A stretch of DNA of 64,000 bases from the NCBI GenBank assembly GCA_052437175.1, contig JBQVOK010000001.1, forward strand, positions 227,388 through 291,387, written 5' to 3'. The position numbers and the translations under genes are program-made. The stretch is from Flavobacteriales bacterium. GTDB taxonomy: Bacteria > Bacteroidota > Bacteroidia > CAIKAF01. The notes below the pieces were generated by a model. The model did no database searches. It saw only the letters and a program-made list of their open reading frames with translations, and was not told the origin of the DNA. How positions within the stretch are numbered: position 1 is the stretch's first letter; each line of letters starts with the position of its first letter. Shown piece by piece: positions 18,664 to 29,678 of the stretch.

Positions 18664-19482
18664 ATGATCCATTTAAAGACCAGAGAAGAAATAGAGCTCA
18701 TGTACCAGTCGGCACAGCTGGTGTCGAAGACACTGGGGATGGTGGCGCGGGAGATCAAACCCGGCGTTAGCACCCTGCAGCTGGATACCATGGCCGAAGA
18801 ATTTATACGCGACCACGGCGGAATACCGGCTTTTAAAGGCATGTACGGTTTCCCGAAAACACTGTGTATGTCGCCCAATGAACAGGTGGTGCACGGCATC
18901 CCCAATAATACCCCGCTGAAAGACGGCGACGTGATCTCCGTAGACTGCGGCGTACTCATGAACGGCTACTACGGCGACCATGCCTATTCCTTTGAAGTGG
19001 GCGAAGTGGCCCCCGAAACCCGCAAACTGCTGCAGGTGACCAAAGAAAGCCTGTACAAAGGCATTGCGCAGTGTGTAAAAGGTAACCGTATCGAGGACAT
19101 CAGTTATGCTATACAGTCGTATTGCGAAGAGCATGGCTATGGCATTGTGCGTGAACTGGTGGGCCACGGCCTCGGTAAAAAGATGCACGAAGACCCGCAG
19201 GTACCCAATTACGGTAAACGCGGCCGGGGTAAAGTAATTGCCGAAGGACTCACCATTGCCATTGAACCCATGGTGAACATGGGCACGGGCGAAGTAAAAT
19301 TCCATAAGGATGGCTGGACGGTGACCACCAAAGACAACAAGCCCTCCGCCCATTTTGAGCACGATGTGGCTGTGATCAACGGCAAACCCGTGCTGCTTTC
19401 CACGTTTAAGTACGTATACGAGGCCCTGGGCATTGAAAGCGACGAAGAAGAACCGTTTTTGTATAATGAAGTTAGCTTATAG
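18664..19482 (+). CDS. map: Type I methionine aminopeptidase
   Basis: Metal-binding motifs (DVISVDCGV, GYYGDHAYSF, HGLGKKMHE, IAIEPMV). I take the start at ATG 18664; the ORF-track start at 18646 is a TTG. Confidence 0.9.
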   Translation: MIHLKTREEIELMYQSAQLVSKTLGMVAREIKPGVSTLQLDTMAEEFIRDHGGIPAFKGMYGFPKTLCMSPNEQVVHGIPNNTPLKDGDVISVDCGVLMNGYYGDHAYSFEVGEVAPETRKLLQVTKESLYKGIAQCVKGNRIEDISYAIQSYCEEHGYGIVRELVGHGLGKKMHEDPQVPNYGKRGRGKVIAEGLTIAIEPMVNMGTGEVKFHKDGWTVTTKDNKPSAHFEHDVAVINGKPVLLSTFKYVYEALGIESDEEEPFLYNEVSL

Positions 19483-19507
19483 CCGGTAGCTAATAGCTAA
19501 CCTCAGA

Positions 19508-19790
19508 GTGTACAGATATGGCCGTATACTTCACTATATGCGATAAAACCGGCATATAGTAAGCTACAGGCTATAAGCCATAAGCTCTTCTGAACTTCAA
19601 TGGGCACAGATATGGCCGTATACTTCACTATATGCGATAAATCCGGCATATAGTAAGCTACAGGCTATTAGCCATAAGCTCTTCTGAACATCAGGGTGTG
19701 CAGGTCTGGCTGTATACTTCACTATCTGCCATGGAACCGCTATAAAGTAAGCCACAAGCTGTCAGCTGATCGCTCTTCTACAACCACGTT
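19508..19790. repeat. Intergenic tandem repeat, 3 copies of a ~93-bp unit (third copy degenerate)
   Basis: Units begin near 19508, 19602 and 19694. The unit consensus is gtgYacagatatggccgtatacttcactatatgcgataaaNccggcatatagtaagctacaggctatWagccataagctcttctgaac. Each unit carries an internal inverted repeat (ctatatgc...gcatatag). Confidence 0.75.
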
Positions 19791-19890
19791 TCCCGTTGTA
19801 CACAAGCCATAGATTTAATCTCAGGCAAGCTATAAGCTGAAAAAGGCCTTCCGCGGGGAAGACCTTTTTCTCTCTAAAGTGTTATGCTGA

Positions 19891-20832
19891 TTATGCGTTT
19901 ACGGAGTTCATCTTGTCCAGGACATCGCAAACTTCTTTCACGGCAGCGGCTGAGTTTTTCAGGAGTTCTTTTTCCTGGTCGTTCAGTTGCAGTTCGATGA
20001 TCTTTTCGATACCGTTCTTACCCAGGATCACCGGTACGCCCAGGTACAGGTTGTTTACGCCGTACTCGCCGGTGAGCCATGCGCACACGGGGAATACACG
20101 ACGCTGGTTACGCACGATGGCTTCTACCATCTGCGCAGCCGCAGCGCCCGGGGCATACCAGGCCGAAGTACCCATCAGGTTCACCAGTTCGCCGCCGCCT
20201 TTTTTGGTGCGCTCGATGATGGCATTCAGGGTGTTTTCGTCCAGCAGTTCGGTTACCGGGATACCGCTAACGGTCGTGTAACGTGGCAGGGGAACCATGG
20301 TATCGCCGTGCCCGCCCAGCAGCATTGCCTGGATCTCTTTCGGAGATACGTTCAGGGCATCGGCCAGGAAGGCGCGGTAACGGGCCGTATCCAGGATACC
20401 GGCCATACCCATAACGCGCTCCGACGGAATTTTAGCCGTGAGGAAAGCGCAGTAGGTCATTACGTCCAGCGGGTTCGAAACCACAATGATCTTGGCATCG
20501 GGGCTGTATTTAATTACGTTTTCGGTTACGCTTTTTACGATACCGGCATTGGTAGCGATAAGGTCGTCGCGGCTCATACCGGGTTTGCGCGGCAGGCCGG
20601 ATGTGATCACCACCACTTCGGAACCTGCGGTAGGCTCGTAGTTGTTGGTATATCCCTTGATGCGCGAATCGTACACATTGATAGGGGCAGTCTGCCACAT
20701 ATCCAGTGATTTACCTTCGGCCACACCTTCTTTGATATCGATCAGGATCACCTCCTGGGCCAGTTCTTTTTCAGCGATCACGTTGGCGCATGTGGCACCT
20801 ACGTTTCCTGCTCCTATAACGGTAACTTTCAT
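19891..20832 (-). CDS. mdh: Malate dehydrogenase (LDH-like family)
   Basis: Starts MKVTVIGAGNVGATCA. Carries the NAD-binding and catalytic motifs of LDH-type MDH. Confidence 0.9.
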   Translation of the reverse strand: MKVTVIGAGNVGATCANVIAEKELAQEVILIDIKEGVAEGKSLDMWQTAPINVYDSRIKGYTNNYEPTAGSEVVVITSGLPRKPGMSRDDLIATNAGIVKSVTENVIKYSPDAKIIVVSNPLDVMTYCAFLTAKIPSERVMGMAGILDTARYRAFLADALNVSPKEIQAMLLGGHGDTMVPLPRYTTVSGIPVTELLDENTLNAIIERTKKGGGELVNLMGTSAWYAPGAAAAQMVEAIVRNQRRVFPVCAWLTGEYGVNNLYLGVPVILGKNGIEKIIELQLNDQEKELLKNSAAAVKEVCDVLDKMNSVNA

Positions 20833-20857
20833 TGTAATTTGAATTTGAGATTATGAA

Positions 20858-21745
20858 TTATTTTTTGGTCTTTTTTACGTTCTGCGTAAGGGTATCGATA
20901 AAGAAGGCCAGCTGGTGCTTCAGGTCCTTGCGGTGTACGATCTTGTCCAGGAAACCGGTCTCGAGTACGAACTCGGCCGTCTGGAACCCTTCGGGCAGGT
21001 CTTTCTTGATGGTCTCTTTTACCACCCGCGGACCGGCAAAACCGATCAGGGCCCTGGGCTCGGCAATATTCAGATCGCCCAGCATGGCAAAAGAAGCCGT
21101 TACACCACCCGTAGTGGGATTGGTGAGTATCGAAATATAGGGCAGCTGCGCGTCGGAAAGCTGGGTAAGCTTGGCGGAGGTCTTGGCCATCTGCATCAGC
21201 GAAAAGGCGCCTTCCATCATACGGGCCCCGCCCGATTTGGAAATGATGATGAACGCTTTCTTGTACTTGATGCAATGGTCGATGGCACGTGCGATCTTTT
21301 CGCCCACTACCGAACCCATACTTCCGCCGATGAAATCGAAGTCCATACAGGCAATTACGGTCTCGTGCCCGTCGATACGGCCTGCGGCTGTTTCAATGGC
21401 GTCTTTGAGGCCGGTATTGGCAATTACGCTGCGGATACGGTCGGTGTATTTCTTGGTGTCGGTAAAGTTCAGCGGGTCGCCCGAGGTAATGTTCGGGTTC
21501 AGCAGGCGGTATTTGCCCTGGTCGAACAGGATGTGAAAATATTCCTCGGAACCGATACGGTCGTGGTGCTGACAGTTGGGGCATACGTAGTAGTTCTCGG
21601 CATGCTCTTCGGACCGTATGATGTTTTTGCAGGACGGGCACTTGTACCACAGTCCTTCGGGGGTTTCTTTCTTGTCTTCCGTTTCGGTAAGAATTCCTTT
21701 GCGGATACGCTTAAACCATGACATTTCTTCTTCCTGAACAGACAT
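20858..21745 (-). CDS. accD: Acetyl-CoA carboxylase carboxyltransferase beta subunit
   Basis: Zinc-ribbon CPSCKN...CPNCQHH followed by a carboxyltransferase domain ([20 protein letters not shown]). Confidence 0.9.
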   Translation of the reverse strand: MSVQEEEMSWFKRIRKGILTETEDKKETPEGLWYKCPSCKNIIRSEEHAENYYVCPNCQHHDRIGSEEYFHILFDQGKYRLLNPNITSGDPLNFTDTKKYTDRIRSVIANTGLKDAIETAAGRIDGHETVIACMDFDFIGGSMGSVVGEKIARAIDHCIKYKKAFIIISKSGGARMMEGAFSLMQMAKTSAKLTQLSDAQLPYISILTNPTTGGVTASFAMLGDLNIAEPRALIGFAGPRVVKETIKKDLPEGFQTAEFVLETGFLDKIVHRKDLKHQLAFFIDTLTQNVKKTKK

Positions 21746-21777
21746 TGTTTTTTCCTTGTTTTTAGGTTTACACGGGT

Positions 21778-22848
<1,071 letters not shown>

Positions 22849-23235
22849 AAAGATATGTAATAGTGCGCAAAGCTAATATTTATACATCACTTGGCCAAAA
22901 GCAATCCCGAAAACTTGGTAGCGCCGGGGAATAAGTGTTTTCTGCCTGCCGCAGGCAGCTTCCGGGGCTCCCTGTGCATCAAAAATGCGGCCGTGGATAA
23001 ACACAGCCGCATTTGCCTTGAAGTTGCCTGTAAAAACCTTGCGAAACGCATGACATGGTATTTTCACAGACTGTTTGTCATAAAATTGCTGAACCTATGA
23101 AACATAGCCGTTTCCGGCAGTACAAGATTAGCACTTTCCGGCCGGGATCATTTACTCATAAAGGCCATAGATTTATTCAGAACGGCCACATATAGCTAAT
23201 TAGCAATTTTATACCGGAGGATATACGATAAGGCG

Positions 23236-23243
23236 TATTTTTG
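23236..23243 (+). promoter_or_regulatory. Bacteroidetes sigma-A -7 box (TAnnTTTG)
   Basis: TAttTTTG lies 19 bp upstream of ATG 23263. Confidence 0.3.
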
Positions 23244-23262
23244 TATAGCAAGTATCCGGCCT

Positions 23263-24075
23263 ATGGAACAGCAGGAACTACCTAAATATTACATTACGGA
23301 AGTAGACCGTTATACCGATTCCGTGTACATACACCACGACCTGATGGGCGAGAAGTTTATTCCGCAGCATGCCCACGACAAGGCGCAGTTCCTGTATACC
23401 GAGGGCGGACTGGTGTACGTGCAGACGCCACAGAAGACCTATTACCTGCCGGCCCGGCATTACATGTGGATCGCACCGGGTGTGCCGCACAGCATACATC
23501 CCAATTCGCCGGAGGTAGTGATGCGTAACCTCTACTTCCCGGTAACGGCAGACGAAGATGTGTTTTTTGAACGCACGGCCATTTACCCCGTGAACGATCT
23601 GCTGCTGCATTACCTGTTGTTCACCGGCCGCTGGAACGGCAATATCTTCCGTAAAAACCGTGAAGACTATACCATTTTAAATGCATTCAAATACCTGCTT
23701 CCGCAGTTAGGGCAGTATGCATTGCCGCTCTCGCTGCCCTTCCCGAAAGATCACCGCCTGAAAGCCATCGTGGAATACATGTCCGGGAACCTGGATGCCG
23801 CCTTCACGTTTGAACGCATTGCGCAGCGCTTCGGCTTCAGCGAACGTTCGCTGTCCCGCCTTTTTCAGCGCGACCTGCAGATGACCTTTGTGCAGTATTT
23901 CACCATCCTGCGTATGCTGCGTGCCCTGCACCTGCTCATAGAACAAAGGCTCAGCGTATCCGAAATTGCCCTGGCCGTAGGCTACAGCAGCATGCCCACC
24001 TTCAGTAATACGTTCACACGCATCATTGGCATGCGCCCCACGGAATACATGCGTATCAGGGGGATACTTGCCTGA
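23263..24075 (+). CDS. AraC-family transcriptional regulator (cupin sensor + HTH)
   Basis: N-terminal cupin-like domain. C-terminal AraC HTH (FERIAQRFGFSERSLSRLFQRDLQMTFVQY...LIEQRLSVSEIALAVGYSSMPTFSNTF). Confidence 0.8.
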   Translation: MEQQELPKYYITEVDRYTDSVYIHHDLMGEKFIPQHAHDKAQFLYTEGGLVYVQTPQKTYYLPARHYMWIAPGVPHSIHPNSPEVVMRNLYFPVTADEDVFFERTAIYPVNDLLLHYLLFTGRWNGNIFRKNREDYTILNAFKYLLPQLGQYALPLSLPFPKDHRLKAIVEYMSGNLDAAFTFERIAQRFGFSERSLSRLFQRDLQMTFVQYFTILRMLRALHLLIEQRLSVSEIALAVGYSSMPTFSNTFTRIIGMRPTEYMRIRGILA

Positions 24076-24161
24076 AGTAAAAGCAGGAATCCTGCACCGG
24101 GATACATTTGATTTTTCAGTTGAAAAAGAGGTTATTTGCATAAAAAGTATGAAATTGTTCT

Positions 24162-25463
24162 ATGAGCCGCTACTGTATTTTTTTGCTTGGTTATTTTTAT
24201 GTCAGCCTCTTACACGCACAATATTTTGTGAAGGATGATAACGTTAGTGATCAATTCCGGGTGGGATGGAAGAAAGGATTTCAGCTGACAGACCCGGTGG
24301 ACAACAGTTATTATCTCGTGTTAGGAGAGATGAAAGGTCTGCTTTATTATTATTCATCCCCGGAGGCGGAACCTCGTACCATCAAGATCACGGAGGAAAA
24401 GAAGAGGTATGTAGGAATTGGGTACAGCAAACTTTTCAATGGAATTTTCTATCATACGTACAATGAATCCAATTACACATGCATCGTGGCGATTGATGTG
24501 AAAACAGGGGAAGTAATATACCGCAAAAAGAAAATTTATAAATTGGACAGGCGCTTTGACTATCGCATGCTCATCGAAGAAGTATCGCCGGATAATGAGT
24601 ATATTCTTGTTCGCTGGCAGAATACGACCCACCCGGACAAGGAATGTGTATTTTATGTAGTGGACAGAGAGGGAAACATACAGTTTACAAAAAATATTAC
24701 TGATTTTACAAAGGATAAGGAGGAGCAGAAAGGTTTCGTTTCGGAACTGGATAAGGAAGGGAACTGGTATGTGCACGTACCCGGTAAAATTCAGGTGTTC
24801 GACAGGTCCGGAGTGCTGAAAGAGGAGGTAAAGACAGCTCAGAATGAATTTATCAATTTTTACTGGAACCCGCATACGTCTGAGATCGTCTTTTGGAAAA
24901 TGCGTATAGAGGGTAAGCGAAGCGGATTTTATAGTTCGACGGATATGGATGAAATTACCGGGAACGACGGAACTTTTTATCCGCTGCGTTTATTGCCGAT
25001 GCCTAAGTTTAACCGGAGTTCCGTAGGATATTCACTGAAAACACAATTTGATGATGTTACAGGTAATATGCTTCTTATGGTGGAAATGGAGGTTGTTGAC
25101 GAGCGGTTTTTATATGGCTTTAAATACGCTACCGACGTATACCTGTTTTCAGGTAAAAATAAAGTAATTTCTTCGTTCCAGGTAGGGGCCGGCCGGCTTA
25201 AAACGTACTTTTATAAAGACCGGCTGATAATCACATACCAGGCAGCCTACAGGCATTGCCAAACCAATAAGTCCCAGGTAAAGGAAATTAAAGGGGCAGG
25301 TAGACGAACCTATCTGAATGTAATTGTGGTAGATCCATCCGTCGGAAAGCCGGAATGTGTGGATCTATCGGAGTTTTATCCGAAAAAAAGAAATGGTCTC
25401 TGGCATTTTTGGAATAATCATTACAAGAATAAACCCGGTTTTTATACACTGGAATTTAATTAA
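24162..25463 (+). CDS. Hypothetical secreted protein (AT-rich gene)
   Basis: Signal peptide MSRYCIFLLGYFYVSLLHAQ. 433 aa. GC is clearly lower than both neighbours. Confidence 0.55.
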   Translation: MSRYCIFLLGYFYVSLLHAQYFVKDDNVSDQFRVGWKKGFQLTDPVDNSYYLVLGEMKGLLYYYSSPEAEPRTIKITEEKKRYVGIGYSKLFNGIFYHTYNESNYTCIVAIDVKTGEVIYRKKKIYKLDRRFDYRMLIEEVSPDNEYILVRWQNTTHPDKECVFYVVDREGNIQFTKNITDFTKDKEEQKGFVSELDKEGNWYVHVPGKIQVFDRSGVLKEEVKTAQNEFINFYWNPHTSEIVFWKMRIEGKRSGFYSSTDMDEITGNDGTFYPLRLLPMPKFNRSSVGYSLKTQFDDVTGNMLLMVEMEVVDERFLYGFKYATDVYLFSGKNKVISSFQVGAGRLKTYFYKDRLIITYQAAYRHCQTNKSQVKEIKGAGRRTYLNVIVVDPSVGKPECVDLSEFYPKKRNGLWHFWNNHYKNKPGFYTLEFN

Positions 25464-26908
25464 GGCAGTTCGGCCATTTTTATCATCAGGCGTTCCATTT
25501 TGTCGGTAAGTTCCGAGGTGGAACAGCTGTAGTTATTGGCCATTACGCAAAAAGCGATCGTTTTGCCGCTCTGCGTCTGTACATAACCGGCATAGGATTT
25601 TACCCGGCTCATGGTGCCGCTTTTGGCATGTACGTTGTTGGCGGCTTTGGTGCCCTTGCACAGGTTGCGCAGCGTACCGTCCACGCCGGCAATGGAAAGC
25701 GATTCGTAAAAGGTTTTGTAGCGGCTGCTTTTGTACATGTATTCAAAGATCTTTACAATGCTGTTGGGCGAAACCGCATTGCTGCGCGAAAGTCCGCTGC
25801 CGTCGGTCATAAAAAGCTGGGGCGAGCTGAGTCCGCGGTTCACCCAGAAGCTTTCGATGATGCTGTTGCTGCCCTTGTTGCTGCCTTCGCTCTGGGTCTT
25901 GGCCGAAATGGCCTTGTGCAGGTGTTCGGCATACAGGTTGTTGCTGGGTTTATTGGTAAGAGCCACCAGTTTGCTGAGCGGGGGAGATACAATACTGCCG
26001 ATCTCGGTGGCCTGGGTATAATTGATTTCAATACCTGCCCTGCGGGCATTACGCGGCAAGCCCGTTACATATAACCCGTTATCGATAAACTGCTGATAGA
26101 ACGTAAGCGCGGCAATATAGGGCGGGTCGGGCATGGAGGCATGCACCTCAAATTCGGTCTGGTTGGGCGTGATACGGCCGTTGATGTAGCGGTGCTCGCT
26201 GTATTCGGCTCCGTACACATAGGCATTGTCGCCGCTGCCGCCGGCCACTACGTCGGCACGTACCTTAATGCTGGGTATATAGGGCCGCACCCCGATAAAT
26301 TCGGCCGGGCGCCCTTCACGGCCCGATTTGAATTTGTACCAGATGGTATTGTCGGCAAAGGTAAGCCCGCTGGGAGCCGCCCCGTAACGGTTGCCGATAT
26401 CGCTCCAGTTCCAGCCGCCGGGCGTCATCAGTTCTTCAAAAAAAGTATCGTCGGCCAGTATGTCGCCTGCAATTACTTTTACACCGCGTTCCCGCAGTTT
26501 AAGCAGGGCTTCGTTCACCACGCAACTGGCGCACAGGCCCGAATTTTCCTCGGAGCCGAAGGTAGGGTCGCCTCCGCCGCGTATAATAAAATCGCCGTTC
26601 AGTATGCCTTCTGAAGAAACTTCCCCGCGTATGTAATAGCGTGTCTTAAAGGTATAATTTTCGCCCAGTATTTCCAGTGCGGCCGCGGTGGTCACGGTCT
26701 TCATCACGCTGGCGGGCACCATGCACATCTGTGCATTGTGTTCGGCGATCAGTTCTCCGCTCTGCAGGTTCACAGCTTTGAACCCCCAGGCGGCAGAAAC
26801 CAGTCCTGCATCGGTTTTTAAACGGTTTACTTCGGAACTTACTGCATTCTGTGCCTGAACACTAAGCAGTGTAATGTAAAATACTACGGAAAAAAGAAAT
26901 CTGTTCAT
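25460..26908 (-). CDS. dacB: D-alanyl-D-alanine carboxypeptidase/endopeptidase (PBP4, peptidase S13)
   Basis: Signal peptide and the SxxK active site (PASVMKTVTTAAAL). The GGGDPTFG motif and S13 family architecture are present. Confidence 0.8.
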   Translation of the reverse strand: MNRFLFSVVFYITLLSVQAQNAVSSEVNRLKTDAGLVSAAWGFKAVNLQSGELIAEHNAQMCMVPASVMKTVTTAAALEILGENYTFKTRYYIRGEVSSEGILNGDFIIRGGGDPTFGSEENSGLCASCVVNEALLKLRERGVKVIAGDILADDTFFEELMTPGGWNWSDIGNRYGAAPSGLTFADNTIWYKFKSGREGRPAEFIGVRPYIPSIKVRADVVAGGSGDNAYVYGAEYSEHRYINGRITPNQTEFEVHASMPDPPYIAALTFYQQFIDNGLYVTGLPRNARRAGIEINYTQATEIGSIVSPPLSKLVALTNKPSNNLYAEHLHKAISAKTQSEGSNKGSNSIIESFWVNRGLSSPQLFMTDGSGLSRSNAVSPNSIVKIFEYMYKSSRYKTFYESLSIAGVDGTLRNLCKGTKAANNVHAKSGTMSRVKSYAGYVQTQSGKTIAFCVMANNYSCSTSELTDKMERLMIKMAELP

Positions 26909-26962
26909 GCTCTGCTAATATACTAAACCCATTGGTTTTTCAACGCAGGCGTACAGAAAAGC

Positions 26963-27670
26963 TTATAAATGCACCGAAATTTTTTCGGTATTCTGCTCGT
27001 CGGTCTCGATCACGCCATCGCGCATACGTATAATGCGGCGGGTATGTTTGGCAATATCTTCTTCGTGGGTAACAATTACAATGGTATTACCGGCTTCGTT
27101 CAGTTCCTGGAACAGGCCCATGATCTCGTAGGAGGTCCTGGTATCGAGGTTACCGGTAGGTTCATCGGCCAGCAGCAGCGAGGGATTGTTCACCAGGGCA
27201 CGGGCTACGGCCACACGCTGGCGCTGTCCGCCCGAAAGCTCGTTGGGCTTGTGTTTCATACGGTCGGCCAGGTTCACTTTTTCCAGGGCCACGCGGGCGC
27301 GCTCTTCCCGTTCTTTTTTGCCGATACCTCCGTAGATCAGTGGAAGAGCCACGTTTTCGAGTGCGGTATAGCGGGGCAGCAGGTTAAAGGTCTGGAAAAT
27401 GAACCCGATCTCCTTGTTGCGCACTTCGGCCAGGGCATTATCGCTCATGTGGCTAACGTCGGTGCCGTTCAGGAAATACTGTCCGCCGCTGGGTGTATCC
27501 AGGCAGCCCAGTATGTTCATATACGTACTTTTTCCCGAGCCCGAGGGACCCATTAAAGCCACATACTCACCTTTTTTGATCTCAATATTGATCCCTTTCA
27601 GTACATGCAGTACTTCCTGTCCCATTTTGAAATTGCGGGTAATGTTCACGGTCTTGATTATGGATGTCAT
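26963..27670 (-). CDS. ABC transporter ATP-binding protein (LolD/MacB-type)
   Basis: Walker A (GPSGSGKST), ABC signature ([15 protein letters not shown]) and Walker B ([11 protein letters not shown]). Confidence 0.85.
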   Translation of the reverse strand: MTSIIKTVNITRNFKMGQEVLHVLKGINIEIKKGEYVALMGPSGSGKSTYMNILGCLDTPSGGQYFLNGTDVSHMSDNALAEVRNKEIGFIFQTFNLLPRYTALENVALPLIYGGIGKKEREERARVALEKVNLADRMKHKPNELSGGQRQRVAVARALVNNPSLLLADEPTGNLDTRTSYEIMGLFQELNEAGNTIVIVTHEEDIAKHTRRIIRMRDGVIETDEQNTEKISVHL

Positions 27671-27688
27671 CGCTTTCGGGATATAAAA

Positions 27689-28465
27689 TTAGTAACGAAT
27701 ATAATAATGTTCTTTGGTAAGGTCGGGGTTGAAAAACACAATGCCCATGTGAAACAGGTCGAGGCTGAGGCTTACTTCGGGCCGGGCGCATATTTCCTGC
27801 CAGGCCTGCTGCATACCTTCGCTCCAGTAAATATCGTCGAAAATGATACAGACCGGTTTCTGCGGGGCTCCGGCAAACATGCCGTAATAGCGCAGCGTGG
27901 CCTCGTAGGTATGGTTTCCGTCGATAAATACCATGTCCGGGAGCGGCATCTTTGGTAACAGAACGGGCAGTACCTCGTCAAAATTGCCTTCGTGGCTCAG
28001 TATATTCACAAAACCGCTTTTTTCGAAGTTCTGTATGGCCAGGTTGCGTATATAGGGGTTGCCCTCGATGGTGTGTATCTCGGCATGCGGACAGGCATCG
28101 GCCAGGTACAGGGTAGAAATGCCCAGGCTGGTACCCAGTTCCAGTATACAGCGGGGCTTCAGAAAGGCGGCAATACGGTGCAGCAGGCGGGCTTCACGTA
28201 CAGGCTTTACGGATACGGAGGCGATCCGCCGCACTTCTATTTCGCTGCCGTTGTTCTTGCGGCTGCCGGCCCCCAGGTCTATATTGGGCACGCGTGCCCT
28301 GCTGTGCAGCATTTCAGCACGCAGCTCTTCCACAGCCTTCAGGGAATGGTCGCCCCGCGAGGGTGCAATGGCCCGGGTATAAAAATCGTACAGGAAGGGC
28401 GAATGGATGCCATGGGCATTTACGCTCTTCATACGCCACTGTATATAGGACCGGAACCATCTCAC
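27689..28465 (-). CDS. Class I SAM-dependent methyltransferase
   Basis: Motif I ILELGTSLGISTLYLA. The Rossmann-fold pattern resembles O-methyltransferases. Confidence 0.55.
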   Translation of the reverse strand: MRWFRSYIQWRMKSVNAHGIHSPFLYDFYTRAIAPSRGDHSLKAVEELRAEMLHSRARVPNIDLGAGSRKNNGSEIEVRRIASVSVKPVREARLLHRIAAFLKPRCILELGTSLGISTLYLADACPHAEIHTIEGNPYIRNLAIQNFEKSGFVNILSHEGNFDEVLPVLLPKMPLPDMVFIDGNHTYEATLRYYGMFAGAPQKPVCIIFDDIYWSEGMQQAWQEICARPEVSLSLDLFHMGIVFFNPDLTKEHYYIRY

Positions 28466-28564
28466 AGTACAAAAGTAATTTTTACGGAGCGTATGCCTTT
28501 ATTATTTCGATAAAGGCACGTTATTGCTATACGTTTGATACCTTTGCACAGAAATTTTTGCATT

Positions 28565-28984
28565 ATGAAGAAGTTCACGGTACTCCTGTTCTTACCCCTG
28601 CTGCTGCTCACGGCCTGTGTTTCGCCCAAACAGAAGGAAGAAAACCTGGCCAAAGAAGTAATGGCCATACACGATGAGGTAATGCCCCGTATGGGCGAAA
28701 TATCCTCGTACCGCCGCGAACTGAAACAAAAGCTGAAAGCCCAGGAATTCCAGTTCTCTGCCGAAACACGCATTGAAAGACAACAGATGGAGACCCTGGT
28801 AATGAAGCTCGACAGCGCCGATAAAGGCATGATGGACTGGATGCATAATTACAACGGAGGCAAGGACCTGTACACGCACAAAGAGATCATGGACTACCTG
28901 GAAGCGGAAAAGAAAAAGATCAGCGATGTAAAAGTGTATATGGAAAGCACACTCGACGAAACCAAAAAATACCTCGGTAAATGA
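28565..28984 (+). CDS. Hypothetical lipoprotein
   Basis: MKKFTVLLFLPLLLLTAC lipobox. I take the start at ATG 28565, because the track's upstream start lacks signal-peptide logic. A TAccTTTG -7 box lies about 19 bp upstream. Confidence 0.55.
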   Translation: MKKFTVLLFLPLLLLTACVSPKQKEENLAKEVMAIHDEVMPRMGEISSYRRELKQKLKAQEFQFSAETRIERQQMETLVMKLDSADKGMMDWMHNYNGGKDLYTHKEIMDYLEAEKKKISDVKVYMESTLDETKKYLGK

Positions 28985-29583
28985 AACTGAAATATTTGTA
29001 CGGCGGACTTTTGTTCGCCTTTTTTATGAGCTGCGGACCCGGAAAGAATACACCCCCCGCACAGAGCGGCCCCAAAGAATTCCCGGTACTGGGAAACGGC
29101 CCCGTAACACCCTTCGGTTTTGTGGCACACACAGGCGATACCATTACCGAAAAGAATATGGACGGTAAGCTTACCGTGATGGACTTTTTCTTTACCTCGT
29201 GCCCCACCATCTGCCCCAAAATGAAAACGCAGCTCCTGCGTGTATACGAAAAGTATAAAACAAACGACCGCGTGCTGATCCTTTCGCATTCCATCGACCC
29301 GGAATTTGATACGAAGGAAGTGCTGGCCGATTTTGCGAAACGCCTCGAAGTAAGCGGCGACCGCTGGTATTTTCTTACCGGGGATAAAGACAGTATTTAT
29401 GCCCGTGCCGATCAGTACATGATCAGTGCCAAGGCCGATGCTTCCGCGCCCGGAGGCTATGCGCACAGCGGAGCATTTCTGCTCATTGACGGCGACCGCA
29501 ATATCCGCGGCATGTACGACGGTACCCGCGAGCAGGCTGTAGACAGTATGATGGCCGATATGGACATCCTTCTGAAACCCTGA
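28981..29583 (+). CDS. SCO1/SenC-family copper chaperone (thioredoxin-like)
   Basis: CxxxC motif FFFTSCPTICPKM plus the conserved His region. Overlaps the upstream gene by 4 bp. Confidence 0.8.
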   Translation: MKLKYLYGGLLFAFFMSCGPGKNTPPAQSGPKEFPVLGNGPVTPFGFVAHTGDTITEKNMDGKLTVMDFFFTSCPTICPKMKTQLLRVYEKYKTNDRVLILSHSIDPEFDTKEVLADFAKRLEVSGDRWYFLTGDKDSIYARADQYMISAKADASAPGGYAHSGAFLLIDGDRNIRGMYDGTREQAVDSMMADMDILLKP

Positions 29584-29602
29584 CGTAAAAAGCAATAAAA
29601 GA

Positions 29603-29642
29603 AGACGGCCGCCTTGCTATGAGCGAGACGGCCGTCTTTCGT
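29603..29642. terminator. Bidirectional hairpin terminator between convergent genes
   Basis: Hairpin agacggccg...cggccgtct lies between the SCO1 (+) and OMF (-) stops and is flanked by A/T tracts. Confidence 0.55.
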
Positions 29643-29678
29643 TAAGTAACAGCAGGATTTTCGTTTGTGAATGGCTTG

